Positions 14,532 to 27,698 of a stretch of 64,000 bases of DNA are shown in pieces. This stretch comes from Styela clava (Eukaryota). How positions within the stretch are numbered: the first letter of the stretch is position 1; each line of letters starts with the position of its first letter. A program made the position numbers and the translations under genes. The notes under the pieces are model-generated. The model was not told where the DNA came from and did not search any database. It was given only the letters and a program-made list of their open reading frames with translations. The stretch is from positions 11,532,001-11,596,000 of the forward strand of contig NC_135256.1 of the NCBI RefSeq assembly GCF_964204865.1. Direction: 5' to 3'.

Positions 14532-14641
14532 GGACCTCCTGAAGTATGCGCACCAAGATGGCGCACAACCTGAACATAGTATGTGTACCAAGGCAAGGTT
14601 CAGGTTATGCGACATCTTGGTGCGCATACTCCAGGAGCACC
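14532..14641. mobile_element. Palindromic 110-bp MITE, GG..CC termini, 8-bp TSD (Merlin- or hAT-like)
   Basis: Arms ctcctgaagtatgcgcaccaagatggcgcacaacctgaac / gttcaggttatgcgacatcttggtgcgcatactccaggag; perfect TSD gaataatc (14524-14531, 14642-14649). Confidence 0.8.
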
Positions 14642-15824
14642 GAATAATCGAAGCAATCAATGAAATTAAAAATAATGTTCAGCCCTAAGACTGTACGAGT
14701 AACCGGATGACAAACGAAAGTCAGTTTGCGCTAAACTTAATTTCTCTGGTTATCGGAGTACACAGTTTTGAGTTTCTAAGTTCTTGACTTTGGTAGTGAA
14801 ATTTTTTTTTGTCAGCATGAAGGAATCAAGTATAGAAATGTTTATCTACATATTCGGTGTTAGGCCTCCGAGGTACTGCAAATTGATCAGAAAATTCGAA
14901 AATTGTCCAAGAAATGTATTATCTTTACACTAAAACTTTCTTCTGCATGCAGTTCCCAACAAAATTGGGTTTATGTTGGTTTAACATTGAAATTGATAAT
15001 TAACAATTAAAATTAATATCAGACTGTAAATTGCCATCTACTTATCGGAAAACACAGCCTACAGAAGAATTGAGTCATTGTATAGGTAATCGTATAGCCG
15101 TATAGCGTATGAATAAACCGCCGATGTGGGAATTTGTACAAAGTCCATGGTTTCCATTTTTGCGCATTTCCATCATTGTTTAATAAAAGAACAATAGTTT
15201 ATGATAATCAAATAATAGAGTTTGTAATTTTGTGTGACAATAATCATCGCACAAAACCGAAAATCCGATTACATGCAAAAATAAGAGTAGGCAGCCACTG
15301 AGTAATACTGTTGGTAAACCACCTTGATTCATCGTTACACTATAACGTGATTTCAAACAGTGATGCAATGCTGTTTGTGCCTCTATTCAAATTAGGTAGC
15401 TGACTTGTTTTACACAATAACAAAACATAACTCAATTGTAGGATTTTCATAACCTGGCATTCGAGACTTTCGAACGAAAATTTTTAGATTCATCTATTGT
15501 GACCAAAACTTCATATGTGACTTCATGGAACGGAATTTATATGCAAAAGCGTGTATTATTATGAAAAACAGTAAGAGGGGCTCTTTGGATAGCAGCCATG
15601 TCTGCATTCGTTTGTGCGAAATCGTACATTTCCACTCAAGAATAGGCTTTATGATAACAATGTGCAAAGCTCTTGTGTATACTTTTCGTTTGAGTGTTTT
15701 GCTATAAAACAATGTGGTACGGGAGTATGAATATTAAAGTATCGTTCTTGTTAAAGGAATGGTGACCGAGACAAGCCGAAGAATTACTTCGTCAGAAAAA
15801 TCGATACAGTGAAAAAAATCTCAC

Positions 15825-16032
15825 CCATTCCACCAGACGATGCGCTCTTAAGCTGATCATCGTTTGAATTTCTTTCTTTTTCCTCGAGGGTTTTTATTTC
15901 TTCTTCGCTGATTGTTTTTTGACATGATGGTTCGTGTTCCTCCAGCATGTTACCCAATTGGAGTTTCTGAACCCGCAATCGACGCACGTTTTCTCTCAAA
16001 AGTTCCTGTTCACGTTCCAACTGCTCTGCTTC
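15825..16032 (-). CDS. fos: Fos-family bZIP transcription factor, leucine-zipper exon
   Basis: EAEQLEREQELLRENVRRLRVQKLQLGNMLEEHEPSC: heptad leucines plus the HxxxC motif of Fos/ATF3; acceptor TTCAG, donor G|GTGAGA. Confidence 0.9.
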
Positions 16033-17472
16033 CTGAACGTAATAGAAAAAATAGTGACTCATGATATTTGCATTATTGCATATATTGGTCATTGGAATTT
16101 CCAACACACACATTTCTATCATGTTTGTATGGAAATCCTCACAGTATTACCCATGTCCACCGATACCAGCGAGGCAACGATAGATGGTCGCTGTGATGCG
16201 GTGTGAGACAATAAAATGGCGTCATATTATATTCAAATTCGAATCTGACTAAAGTTTTATACCTATATGAAATCGAAACCCATCGATATCTTCAAATATC
16301 TAAAGCGTTCAAAATTTCAAAAATAACGCAATACACGGGATTTATCTTGTGTAAGATTACGGTAAGATGTTTTTTCATAATGAGCTTATATCACAACATA
16401 AAAGCTGTATGGCATATATGCCACCAAACATATTTTAGGAGAATTTCGTTAAATGTAAGGTCACGCTGACTCAATCAGAATGAAAATGGACTCCTGTTAG
16501 AGCTAAAGTTGTAGCTACCGCTACATTGCAAAAAGCTATTGACAATATAGGAATTTGTGTCGGTGCACAACTCATCAGCAAACGCAGAGATTTACGTAAG
16601 AAGTGAAGTAGTACAAGTCAATACGAGCAAGAAAGCAGCATGTGACATGTGGTGAATTCCACATAAATGAAGTGAAAAAATAGTCTTTTACTAACTAGGT
16701 GTATTATCACAAAAAGATCTACTAAAATTGCGACCGAAACCTTAATCCGAGGCTAACATAATCAGACATACGCCACAAAAGCAATATATTTTATACAATG
16801 TGTGATAATTGCAAATAATGTAGATACACAACATTATTGCCAAAATATCATTTTAATATACATTGCTGAAGGCAATGGCTTGGCATTTTTATAGTATTAC
16901 AAGTAAAATAAATTACGATGTTACCCTTTAATATGTAGATATTTAAAATTTGACATATGAAATGAATAAGTCTATCACCAAAATGCTTGACAATTGACTT
17001 AAAAACACTGAATTTGAGCAGTGTTGTGGCCATCCCCCATTAATTTGTAACATGGTTCATTTAAAGCAGTTGGGGGTTTAAAGTTTGAATTTTCTAAACT
17101 TCACAAATTGCATTTTACCTTAATGCAACAGTGGGTAACTTATGCCTAAACCAAAGAAAATGAAACAGGGCTCAAATTTGAGATAGAATATCGTTTACAG
17201 TAAACTGGAGCAAGTATTTAAACATGGAGGTGCATTCAAATACTGTACAGGGACCTTTGTAACACAAAATCAATATAAATTATTAATTTTGAACTGAATT
17301 AAATCTTGACGGCTCTGATTATCATTATCAGTTTCAGGGGTTAAAATTTTTTAATTTCATCAAAAATGGCTGACAAAATACTTTTCAATGATTGGGAGAT
17401 ACTTCATTTATATCATACACTATCTATAACTTGTTTCGTCGTCGTTTTGATAAAAGTGATCTGAGTAGCCTT

Positions 17473-17581
17473 ATGAAATTAAAAATTTAAATTTATCAAT
17501 TTTTTTTTATGTAAGGCTTCTGTTTAATTATGCTAAGCTTCACATAAGCAAAAAATGATAAATTCAAATGTTTAACTTCAT
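17473..17581. repeat. Imperfect inverted repeat (~47-bp arms, 15-nt loop)
   Basis: atgaaattaaaaatttaaatttatcaatttttttttatgtaaggctt pairs with aagcttcacataagcaaaaaatgataaattcaaatgtttaacttcat. Confidence 0.75.
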
Positions 17582-18092
17582 TACAAAAACAGTATTCTTG
17601 TATAAGTTATCACGCAACTTTACCTAAAGTCGTATGACGTGGATTTAAATAAACAGCATGTGACTTATATGTCATGAGATGTTATATTCAATATGATGTA
17701 TTGTATAATACTATACATATTACATAAATTATATTTTGTTGTGATTTGATTCATTGGTCGCCCAAGGCAAAGAGATGTTATATGTAGAACATACATACAC
17801 GATTCAACTTATTTCAAAACGATTATAACCTAACTTTGTAATTTAAACAGGATTTACTACTTAAATCAGCCCAAAACACACCCGAAAGTACATTCTCAAA
17901 ACCGAAATAAATAGTTCAGACCCAAAAGTAAAACTAATTCAGGCAATGGAACAATTGTAAGATTGGCGTTCGTATTAAGTAAATTAGTATACATTTCTGC
18001 GAATGACTATCGATGACTAAGAGTAACAATGTTACGAAAAACAAAAACTTTTAACAGTTACATGGCAAAAAAATTAGTTTAAACATGAACCA

Positions 18093-19342
18093 ATTGACCT
18101 TTCCCCTAGCATCGACTTCCTTGTTTACATCGTGACATTGGCCAATCAGCAAGATGCAAAAAGTGACGTAACAATGCTTCCTTTTCGCACTCGCTCAGAC
18201 ACTTTTCCCAATCAGACAGATTTTCAATCGTAGTCGTAAACCAGGGGTTGGCAAACTGCGGCCCGCGGGCCAAATGCGGCCCGCGAACTAATTTTTTTAA
18301 ATTTAAATGCATAATACAAAAATTGATTACAAATTTATCGTTGTCTCCTTATGGATTTGCGCGGTAACGAATCCAGCTGTACGGCGCTTTTCTGTAGTGT
18401 CAGTTCTGAGTTGTATGTCGTTTACTTGATGTTGGTTGTAATTTTTTTTTAAAAAAGTTTATTTTGATATTTAAAATATAGAAATGGAATTTTTTTCTTT
18501 CCGGGAACGGAGGGAAGTTCGCGTTGAGCGTCGGACAGAACATGTCATTACCATAAAGAAATTTGACCCCGGGACCCCAGGTTGCGCCAGTGCAAAACGT
18601 ATAATGTGTACGTCACATATATATTGCTGTGAGCAGCTTTTTATGAAATGTATTGCACTCACAATAAATTTCGTACTCGCCTGTCAAATTGTCATTTGGA
18701 TTTTGGAAGACGTAATGTGGGGAAACAAGGTTGTCATTTGATATCAAGGCCATGGCACAGAAAAACATCAAGTATAAATAAAAACAATGTATTGTTTGTT
18801 AATATATATATTTTAAAAAGGCAACACGAACGTCTCATTGTAACACAGAAATAGAAGGTGCGGGTGCGCCATAATTATAGGTTTAATCTGGCGATTGTTC
18901 GCAAGCAGAAATTAATGCGCCCGCACGCTACCGGAAATGTGTATATGCGGCCCGCGAGCCGCGAGTACACCAAGTTTGCAAACCACTGTGACGTAAGCAT
19001 TACCTCGTTTTCGCGTTTTTGAACTCTATTCGTTAGTTTTCAGTTGTGTTTCGGAAATTTAAATCAGGTAATTCAATGATCTCTCTTCCTAGGAGTTTTA
19101 ATTTAATTACAGTAATAAAAAATTGGTGTAGAAATAGCTATGATAGACTAGGCTAAAATTCTTTACCGGTACTTTCAAAAAACAGATTGTTGTATGCGAT
19201 AAATTATAATGATGGTTTGAAACACATACCCCATTTTACAGGCGCCAACTCGCAAAAGCACTCTTAAAATAGCCCCGAAAATTTTGCAATGGTAAAGTAT
19301 AGGAAGAATTTTTCGAGGGTTAAAGGTCGCGGAAAGGTCCAT
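18093..19342 (+). mobile_element. ~520-bp TIR element (ATGGACCTTTCCCC termini), interrupted by a hAT MITE
   Basis: Colinear with the intact copy at 40782-41301 on both sides of the 18242-18988 insertion; ends attgacctttcccc / ggaaaggtccat. Confidence 0.85.
18242..18988. mobile_element. hAT (Charlie-like) non-autonomous element nested in the TIR element
   Basis: caggggttggcaaactgcggcccgcgggccaaatgcggccc ... gcggcccgcgagcc...aagtttgcaaaccactg. Confidence 0.8.
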
Positions 19343-20329
19343 TTTTTTATAACTGAAACTAATTTTTCTGGGAATTTTGTCAAAACTGTTCCGATTCAAG
19401 TAAATGTTACTGCAAATATGAGTCTGATATCATTTCGATGCACCCGTTACAAAAAAAATATAAACTACCAAAATATTCGGTCATGAAAATCATCACGACC
19501 AGTACTGTATGAATCCACGTTTTTTAACTCGTGCGGACAAATTTACATAAACAAACAATGAGGTTTATATTAGTTTATAGCTATTACATCGACATACCGT
19601 AACTCAGTTAAGAAAATTGAATGACAAATTGTTTAAAAATGGATCGCATAACTTAGTCTTAGATAATGAATCTCTGCAGTTTCTAATTCTGCAGAAATCC
19701 AATTTCATTCATACCCAATTGATTATAATCCAGTTATTTGCATTGAAAAATAGGATTCGTATGAATATTTGGAATTACAGAATTCTGATTTGAGTTAATG
19801 AGCAAATTCGACAAATTAATTTTACACATGGAAATTGCAAACTACAAAAAAACTTCTCAATGAATACCCAAGATATAGAATATAGATGCTTTGATTCTAG
19901 CTGGAATATCATTGCAGTCGGTACATATGGATTCACATACCAGAGCAAATTGACATGTGCAGTAGTTATAGGCAAACGCAAGTGTAATAAAAGCTACATA
20001 TTAATACACGCATGTTTTTATATCCAATATTTAAATTATAAGAATGAAAAAGTACGGTAAATTTTAAAACACGACGGTCAGTGACAGAATTTACAGATAC
20101 GGTCATTTGAACTTTAAAGGAAGGTTTGCGACATTGTATGTTTAAAATAGAAATGATGTCTGACACGCGGAGAAAGTAATTGGCGTGACAGAAAGCCACA
20201 CCAAAAAAAGGAGGATGTTAAGAAATATAGCCATAGAAAAGTGGCGGCATAAGAAGGTCAACTGTCCTGAATGGTGCATTTAATTGATATTGTATGTCGC
20301 GAAAATTGTCTCCTTATAGACTGAAATCC

Positions 20330-20606
20330 TCGGAGTAAGGGTTCAGAGTTTGGAATGTGTGCGGATTCGGAGTCTTATTTTTAATAGTACTAATTAAAAT
20401 CGAAAATTTTCTGCAGAAAATAAATACGTTTATCTAAGCGTTCTCAACAATCTTTAAAAGAAGGCTTGCAAACGCCAAAGTTTTTATTATCAAAATTTAA
20501 TTTCTTTCCTCGTAAGTCCCAATTCCCATTAATCTAGAGTCAGTAGCTGGAGTTGAAGTCAAAGTTTTTTACAGTTCGGAGTCGACTCCAACTCCACCAC
20601 GCTCTG
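20330..20606. mobile_element. Decayed hAT-like remnant with GGAGTC repeats
   Basis: Repeated ggagtc/gactcc motifs ending gactccaactccaccacgctctg. Confidence 0.4.
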
Positions 20607-23600
20607 GAAACTTTGTTGTTAGTAGAATTCATAATGCGCAGATTTCAAATGTATATTTTGACCTGTTATATCGGCTATGAATTATATATTTCAATTTTTT
20701 TTGCAAGATCACTATAATTTTTTATAAACAAGTGAGGTTCTGCGTTGTGTCCCAGCTGGGTTGCGGTTATGTAAAGTGTAATTTTTATCGTAAATTCACT
20801 GTGCGCAGGGATATACGTTTTGAGTATAATTTATACATAATGGCAACCACTAATGAGGGCGGTCGTGCTCTGCAATGCCTGCCAAATTTCACGGCTTTCT
20901 GAAGAGTAATATTGCACATGACCTGACTTCGCAATCAGATGGTTATCATTTTCGACATTTGAAATATCAAACCTCACCCACGCAATCAATTTCGAATTTC
21001 ACTTACGATATATCACAGAAGATGGAATTTACATAAACCCAATGAAGCTGACCTGCTACGAAAATGTCAATTTCGTAATAGCTTGCACTCCGAACATGCA
21101 CACCGGCCAAGACGCAGTTCAGCTAAGCGATATCGATCGGCAAGGAGGTGATGCGACATTTCGGAATTTCTCCCATATAGCATTGAAGAAACTTCTATTG
21201 ACCCGAAAGCGTAACGATGACATTGGCGTCTCGTTATCATGTAGTTTTAACCGCAAATTAAATAGTATATTCGAAGGAAGCCATTTTTCCTAACTTCGAT
21301 TATTGGCATTCACGGTACACGGTTATTAAACGCACCGTCAAGACCATTCCCAACATTCTTTACATATTTTTCGCGATGAGGTAAATTATCGTTATTTGGT
21401 TGACTTATATTTGCGTGATTATTTAGGAGTAACGTGGATCCTAACTCTTTCTGTACATGTCCTTAAATAGGTACCTCGAATAAGTTAAGGTATCTAAAAA
21501 TAAGAGCGTTTACAGTTATACATATCATTATCTTTGTTATGGTGTGGACCACCTTTTCCCAACTTTGAAGGGAGTACTCCCCTGGGAGGTTTTTTATTAT
21601 TATAGGAGATAGGGGATGACATTCTGCATTGAATGTGCTTGTTATATTATTAATATTTTTGACTTATTTTGTATTATTTTAATACGTACTTATGGGCACA
21701 TTATAAACTGTTTTAACCGTACAAAAGCCTAAGTGCGAGTCGCCCGTATCATTCTCAAATAATCTGTGGGTAGTAAAGTAGGAATGAAGATTTCTAAAAT
21801 AAGTAAAGGAAGGGTTGTATCGTATCATAAGTCGGCAACTATACCGAATTAAGAACAAAAAATCTAAGAGGCTGTAAAATCGGTATTTTTGAGAATACCT
21901 CTGTTTCCGCGAAACATCACCATTTATTGCAAATATCTATAGGCTAACTACAAGCCTTATCGTTGGGAATCTATTGCAGATTCAGTCAATTACATTATGC
22001 ATAAAAATAACAATTTCGTTCGAATTGTGTCTTACAATGTCACAGAATCCCTATAATTCGAGTGCGTATAACGACATTATTTACACTCGACAAAACCTCA
22101 GTACGTTTGTTAAAAAAATAATAAAAATCAAAAATTTCATCATCAATATGAAATCAGAAAGAAATTCAGCTCCAGAAACGAGGTAGAATTAAAGTTCACG
22201 TGCCTCTGCGTGAGGCATTCAGTAAATAATGGGGAATCGAAAAGCTTAAAACACTTTCACAACATATCATATTATGGACTTGTAAATAATACAGTATTAT
22301 TCGAAATACCATGGATTGTTTGAAGACGGTGTGAAATTGGAACGCCTAATTTGCGTAGTTACATGGAAGCCATGGATATAAGCATTAATAGTAATATTAA
22401 AGTTCTCTACCGTCACAAAGTTTCGAGATGCAAAGAATGAATGAATTCCTTTGAAACGACTACATAAAATTGATAGGGCCACAAATTACAGGTTGTTTAT
22501 CTTATATTTTTTGAATGAAATCATCACAATCGCGTCGCTGTAAGTGGCTTCTACTTTTTAAAACGAGGTCTTGTGTGGTCCTTCCAAACATATGCTGTTA
22601 CAGAGTTAGAAAACGTTTCACAGTCTAAAAACAACAGTACAGGTCGTCTGAGCATCCCACATTTTCCCTGTCGTTTTGACGAGATGTGAAGTGTTCTTAT
22701 GTGTCGTTAATTGTGTCGTGATGACTAAGGGTTAAGAAACGGACTGTGTTTTCGTGGACAAAAGGAATTTTCTCATAACATTGGTATTCCCCGCCCAGCT
22801 TCAAAGCTCGTTGTGTTCGTCGGTAGGAAACCGAGTTCTGGCGAGGATGAAACAACGGCGCATCACACTTGGGTGGCACAACGCTTTTCCAAAGCGGTTC
22901 GAAAGCGAACAACCTCACAACACGGGTGTTGTTAAAATCAAAAATTGTCTAAAGGTGGTGACATATCCAACTCGAGTTCACTTCAGAGAAGTTATATTTA
23001 ACTTTTATGACGTCATAATTAATGGCGGGCGGCAATGGCCGACAAGAAGAATTGTTTCCGTATTGTTACACGTTTGCTTAGTTCAAAGGTATTCCCGCAC
23101 AGAAGAAACGAGTCATTTGATTTGCAAAAATGGAAACAAAGACTTCAGAAGCATAGTTTCACTATGCTCAATAAGACTGAAATTACAAAACCACTTTTCC
23201 CCAAATGTATCAAAAATATACCCCTAATACGATATTTTGACTTACATAGTAAATAAGTCGTCAATCAAAATTCGAATTTGAGACTTGCAAGATATGCTAA
23301 GCACAACATTTGTCATTCTATAATGGTAGCGCAAGGTACGAGCAAACAGTAAGACAAGCTGATTTCGGAACCCGAATTGAGCAAACTCCCATTTGTCTCA
23401 ACGGCCATGTCCCTCATTCATGACGCACATCCTGCATATTATTAAGTTCACCTTTGCATTAGGAACTCATTCCAGATTTCAAAATCTGAATGAATGTTAT
23501 GCTGAAAGGCTGAGTATCGAAAATACATAATTCAAATGGGTTTCGAATCAGTGTTGATAATTTGACTAATTTGCTTGACATTGTGTTTCGAAAACCTATA

Positions 23601-24879
23601 TTTTCAGTCTATAACAGCAGTAGCATATCTATTCAAGTGGGATACCAATCTTTGCATCAAATCTTGGCAAAAAATTATTGACGACATAGAATAGTATTTA
23701 CCGTAAGTCAATTTTCATATTCGGTTCTATAATAAATTTAGTTTCTGTTGCAAATAATTTATATATTAGCAAATTTGTACCATTCCCGCGTAAGGCGCAT
23801 AAAGTTTATGCGACATAATAGAGAACGAAATGCTAGTAGTTGCTACCAATCGAAGATTAAAGGACCCAATGAACTGTATTGGATTAGGCAACTACATTCA
23901 AAGAAATAATTGACGGATACTTTTGTATGCATTTGGTGCAGGACAACAATGCAACTCTTCCGTATATAAAGGCCTACTTTAGTTATGGGTACGCTATTGA
24001 TACTAATACGATTCTTGGATGGCCAAGCCCAAATATTTCACTATTCCGAATACATTCTGAAAAAATATTTTCGAATACAATCTAAATTGGAAGCAAGTTC
24101 ACGTGGAAAATTACATAAATCACTGAATCTTCATGCTAAACACATTAAAAACGACACAAACATAAAGGCCATAGGTTTCCCCTGTGTTGTTTTCACTTGA
24201 GATATTGTATGTTTTGATCTGCTTTTTTGACGCTTAAAATTCTCAAATTCCTAATAAAAATATTCTGAATCATTCCCGAAATCGATTATAATGAATTTCG
24301 AATGAAATCGAATATTCGATTCGTTTTGGACATCGCTGAGTCAATCACAACACAGAAAATTCCAGATCTTGCATCACCTGCCGTAAATTTTAATCTATAA
24401 ATTTATTTATTTTTAAATTATACTATTTAATTTTCTCATTATTTTAACCACCTGTTTATTTTTACATTATATCGTTCGTGTGGTATATTCGTGATACATG
24501 AATGCGTATATCATGTTATAAATATCTGGCATGAATAGCTTCAAGCATCATTATTTCTTGAGATTAAAACTGGCCTATGAATCATCATGAAATAATGTTT
24601 TTCATTCTCGCGACCATATAATAAATATCACTGTTTCTAATTTTCGTACCATTAGTTAAGATTAAATAACAGTTTCAGGAGCCGTTTAATGGATTTGGAT
24701 CGAATAAAGCAAAACAACGGAAAATGGACTTTTTGAATGTTTCAGCGATATCTTAAAATCGGGCACGATAGAAAATTGAAGTAATCTTACAATTTAAATA
24801 CTGACCTATTAATGAAATCAAATCAATGCTTTATTTACAGTACTATTAAGCTGAAAGAAAAAACAATGCGTTCGTTTAC

Positions 24880-24987
24880 CTTTTCCAAACGTTCAAGCAA
24901 CTCTCTTCTCCTGTTTCTGCATTTGGCTGCGGCAACTCTATTTCGTTCTCTTTTTACTCGCATCCGCTCACGTTCTTCGTCAGACAT
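24880..24987 (-). CDS. fos: Fos-family bZIP transcription factor, basic-region exon
   Basis: 108-bp phase 0-0 exon [36 protein letters not shown]; matches the Fos basic region ([18 protein letters not shown]) and the size of the vertebrate Fos basic-region exon; not in the ORF track. Confidence 0.95.
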
Positions 24988-27698
24988 CTAAAACCATAAT
25001 TGTTGAATATAATGAAAGTAATTACATATGTTAGTGTGTTGAAAAGCTTGTGAATCTTTGTGATTGTGAGCATTAACTCAAGCATTCTTGGTTCCACTTT
25101 ATAAGTACATTTCTTGGTAGAAAATCCCACATAAGTTTTATTAAACTATCAGTAAGCCTAAAAGTGGAGTGGCAAAAAAGCACTGAAACTTGCACATTTT
25201 GCAACTGCAGGCAATGCCGATGCGGAATGGTTACGTATTTGCAGAGATATTAGCCCATTCTGAAACAGTGCTTGTCATGAGCCCTTCTTGGAGTGTAGGT
25301 ATGAAATACACATCATAAAAAAGAATGAGAAAAACGTTGGTAGTGTATATTTTTATAAAAAATCTATCAGCAAGCCACGTTTGAATCATTTTTCCATAAA
25401 TTGTTCTGAATACTATAAAGTATTCATGGCTTATATAAATACAATAATATATGAGCGAAGTATGCAAATATCCGAGCGCATGAGACGTAGTTATATACAT
25501 TGGTGTATGGCGATTCTATTGTTTAATAGTCAGCGATAGGAATGGATCGGAAGGATGAGAAGCCTGCAAGCCATAGATTAGTCACCAAACAAGCATGTCA
25601 GTGCCGATGATTTCCAAAATAAGGATATGCACGGTGTCTATTCAATTTGAGTAACCTACTGAAACAAATGAAAATATTTGCGAAAACTATGCTATCCACA
25701 AAACAACGCATTCACCACGAAGCTCGTATTTCATTTTTTTGTTGCTATGCTATATTTTTACATACAGTATATATATTTATGAAATGCATCGCCTCTATAA
25801 CGAAAATACTGAAGTGTAATACTAATCGGGTATCTCCCCATATGGTATCGATGCGATATATCTATCACAGGCGCTTGCTTTTGATATACTTCCCGGAAAT
25901 AGTATGGCCATCCTCTTCCTTCATTTAGATCGGGGATAGGTCAACAGAGAGTGAAAATGAAATGCTTGCATATAATCGGGTTAACTGATTGAATATTTCC
26001 AGCTGATATTGGATTAGAAATTTGAATATTATATAGGAAACTATAACATATTAACACAATGAGAAAAGGTTACTATTGATTGCGAAATATCTCTCAGGCA
26101 AAAACTTTTCGTATTATGTCATTTCACCACAACATATTGTTTCGATTTACATTAATAGCAGCTTCCGAGATAAATTCAGCCTATCAATTTTGTACGTCCA
26201 AAAAGCGCTTCCATACAAGCGCAAAATGACACATTATGATGTCATATTATTCGAATTTATATTCAATCTTATTAAATCTCTGACTTCATTCCATAGTCAT
26301 GCAAATTTGAAATATAAATTAGAAATAAAGAACCCCGTCGAACTCGAAACCATAATTGAAACAACACGAGCTATGAATGAGCTCTTGATGCGCTGACAAT
26401 AACAAAGGTGAGTATACCCGTTGGCACACATATGTTGATATCAGATGACAGCATTACTTTTGTATGCCGAACAAAAATTGTTCTTTTACGAAAACAAATC
26501 AAAATTTATTTTTTGTTTTCACGGGTTTAATACTCTCATACAATGGTAGGAAAATTGTTTTCGATCGCTATAAAATTGTCGTCGTCAAGGCTCAATTGTA
26601 AGTGTGTTAACCCATTTTATTCGAACTCATTTTAATTCCAATAAGAAATCGTGGAAATGGAAATCTTCAAGGCTTGGTAGGCGCTTCAAAACGTCAATTA
26701 CTATCCGCAGGTTGCCGACGGCGAGAAGTGTTATTGTAGCCGGGGGAGAAATATAAGCTTAACTATAATCGTCATGATTGTGAACTTGACAAAAACAACA
26801 ACGTTTGAAATATATGGCTAATTCTTGTTTTTGCCAAATTCTGTGTCATCAGCAAGTCTACCCTGATTAAATCTTTGGATATATCATGGTATCTCTACGT
26901 GAGAAATAATCCGATCGCTTATTATTATTATATCATATGCACCACTTTTCGTGAATTACTGTGACCGAGTTTCGTCGAGGTAAGGGGGTTATTTAATCAT
27001 TGACGTGTGGTTAGAATCAAAACAGCGTTGTTTGTTCCTTTTATTATACACCGATGAATCACATTCGTTATACTTCTCAAATAACTGGATCCACTCGATG
27101 TCACCGAAGTTTGATTCCGATATCACCAAAGCGTTTGGTAAACAAGTGATTTGTCGAAGATCGAGTAAAATAGGTTGTTTATGTCACGCTTGAGTAAGGT
27201 CCTCGATGGAAAGTGTTTGTATTGCCTATCGTCATTATGAATTTCATTTTATGCATTTTTAATAACGACACGAGTCTAATTATAAAGTCTCATTCCATAA
27301 CTTTTACTTGTATTTATTAATAAAAGTGAATTAATAGAGATTATTTTCAGACACTACAAATCCTACGAAAAACTATCTACTGGGGAGAAATTGCCGTCGC
27401 CTATTGACTGGAACAGACAATCGTGAATTTGACTGTAATTAATGCGTAATTGTATTGGCGCTGAACACAATTTTGCTCGCGTTTTTGTGCCATACTAGGT
27501 TAACTGAATATAACTCGCTCGAACTAAACATGAAATAAAACGAAACACCACAATATTAGTTAGTATAACAACTTGGTGAGATCCCCATAAATTAGGTAAT
27601 ACCTATGAAATTGCAATTCATATGACAGCAATTAGTTTTTGTGCTATGTGAATCAATGTTTGTGGTGTTTACCTTAGAAAACATTAAAAAAAACTCAC

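Noticed and set aside
22754-23227. 157-aa plus-strand ORF and other short ORFs in the track (e.g. 5162-5569, 27641-27997, 1981-2253)
   Set aside because: Non-ATG starts or antisense shadows of real exons; no recognisable domains or splice support.
15071-24343. AP-1 site cluster (TGASTCA at 15071, 16055, 16467, 24337) as Fos autoregulation
   Set aside because: The count is about what this base composition gives by chance.
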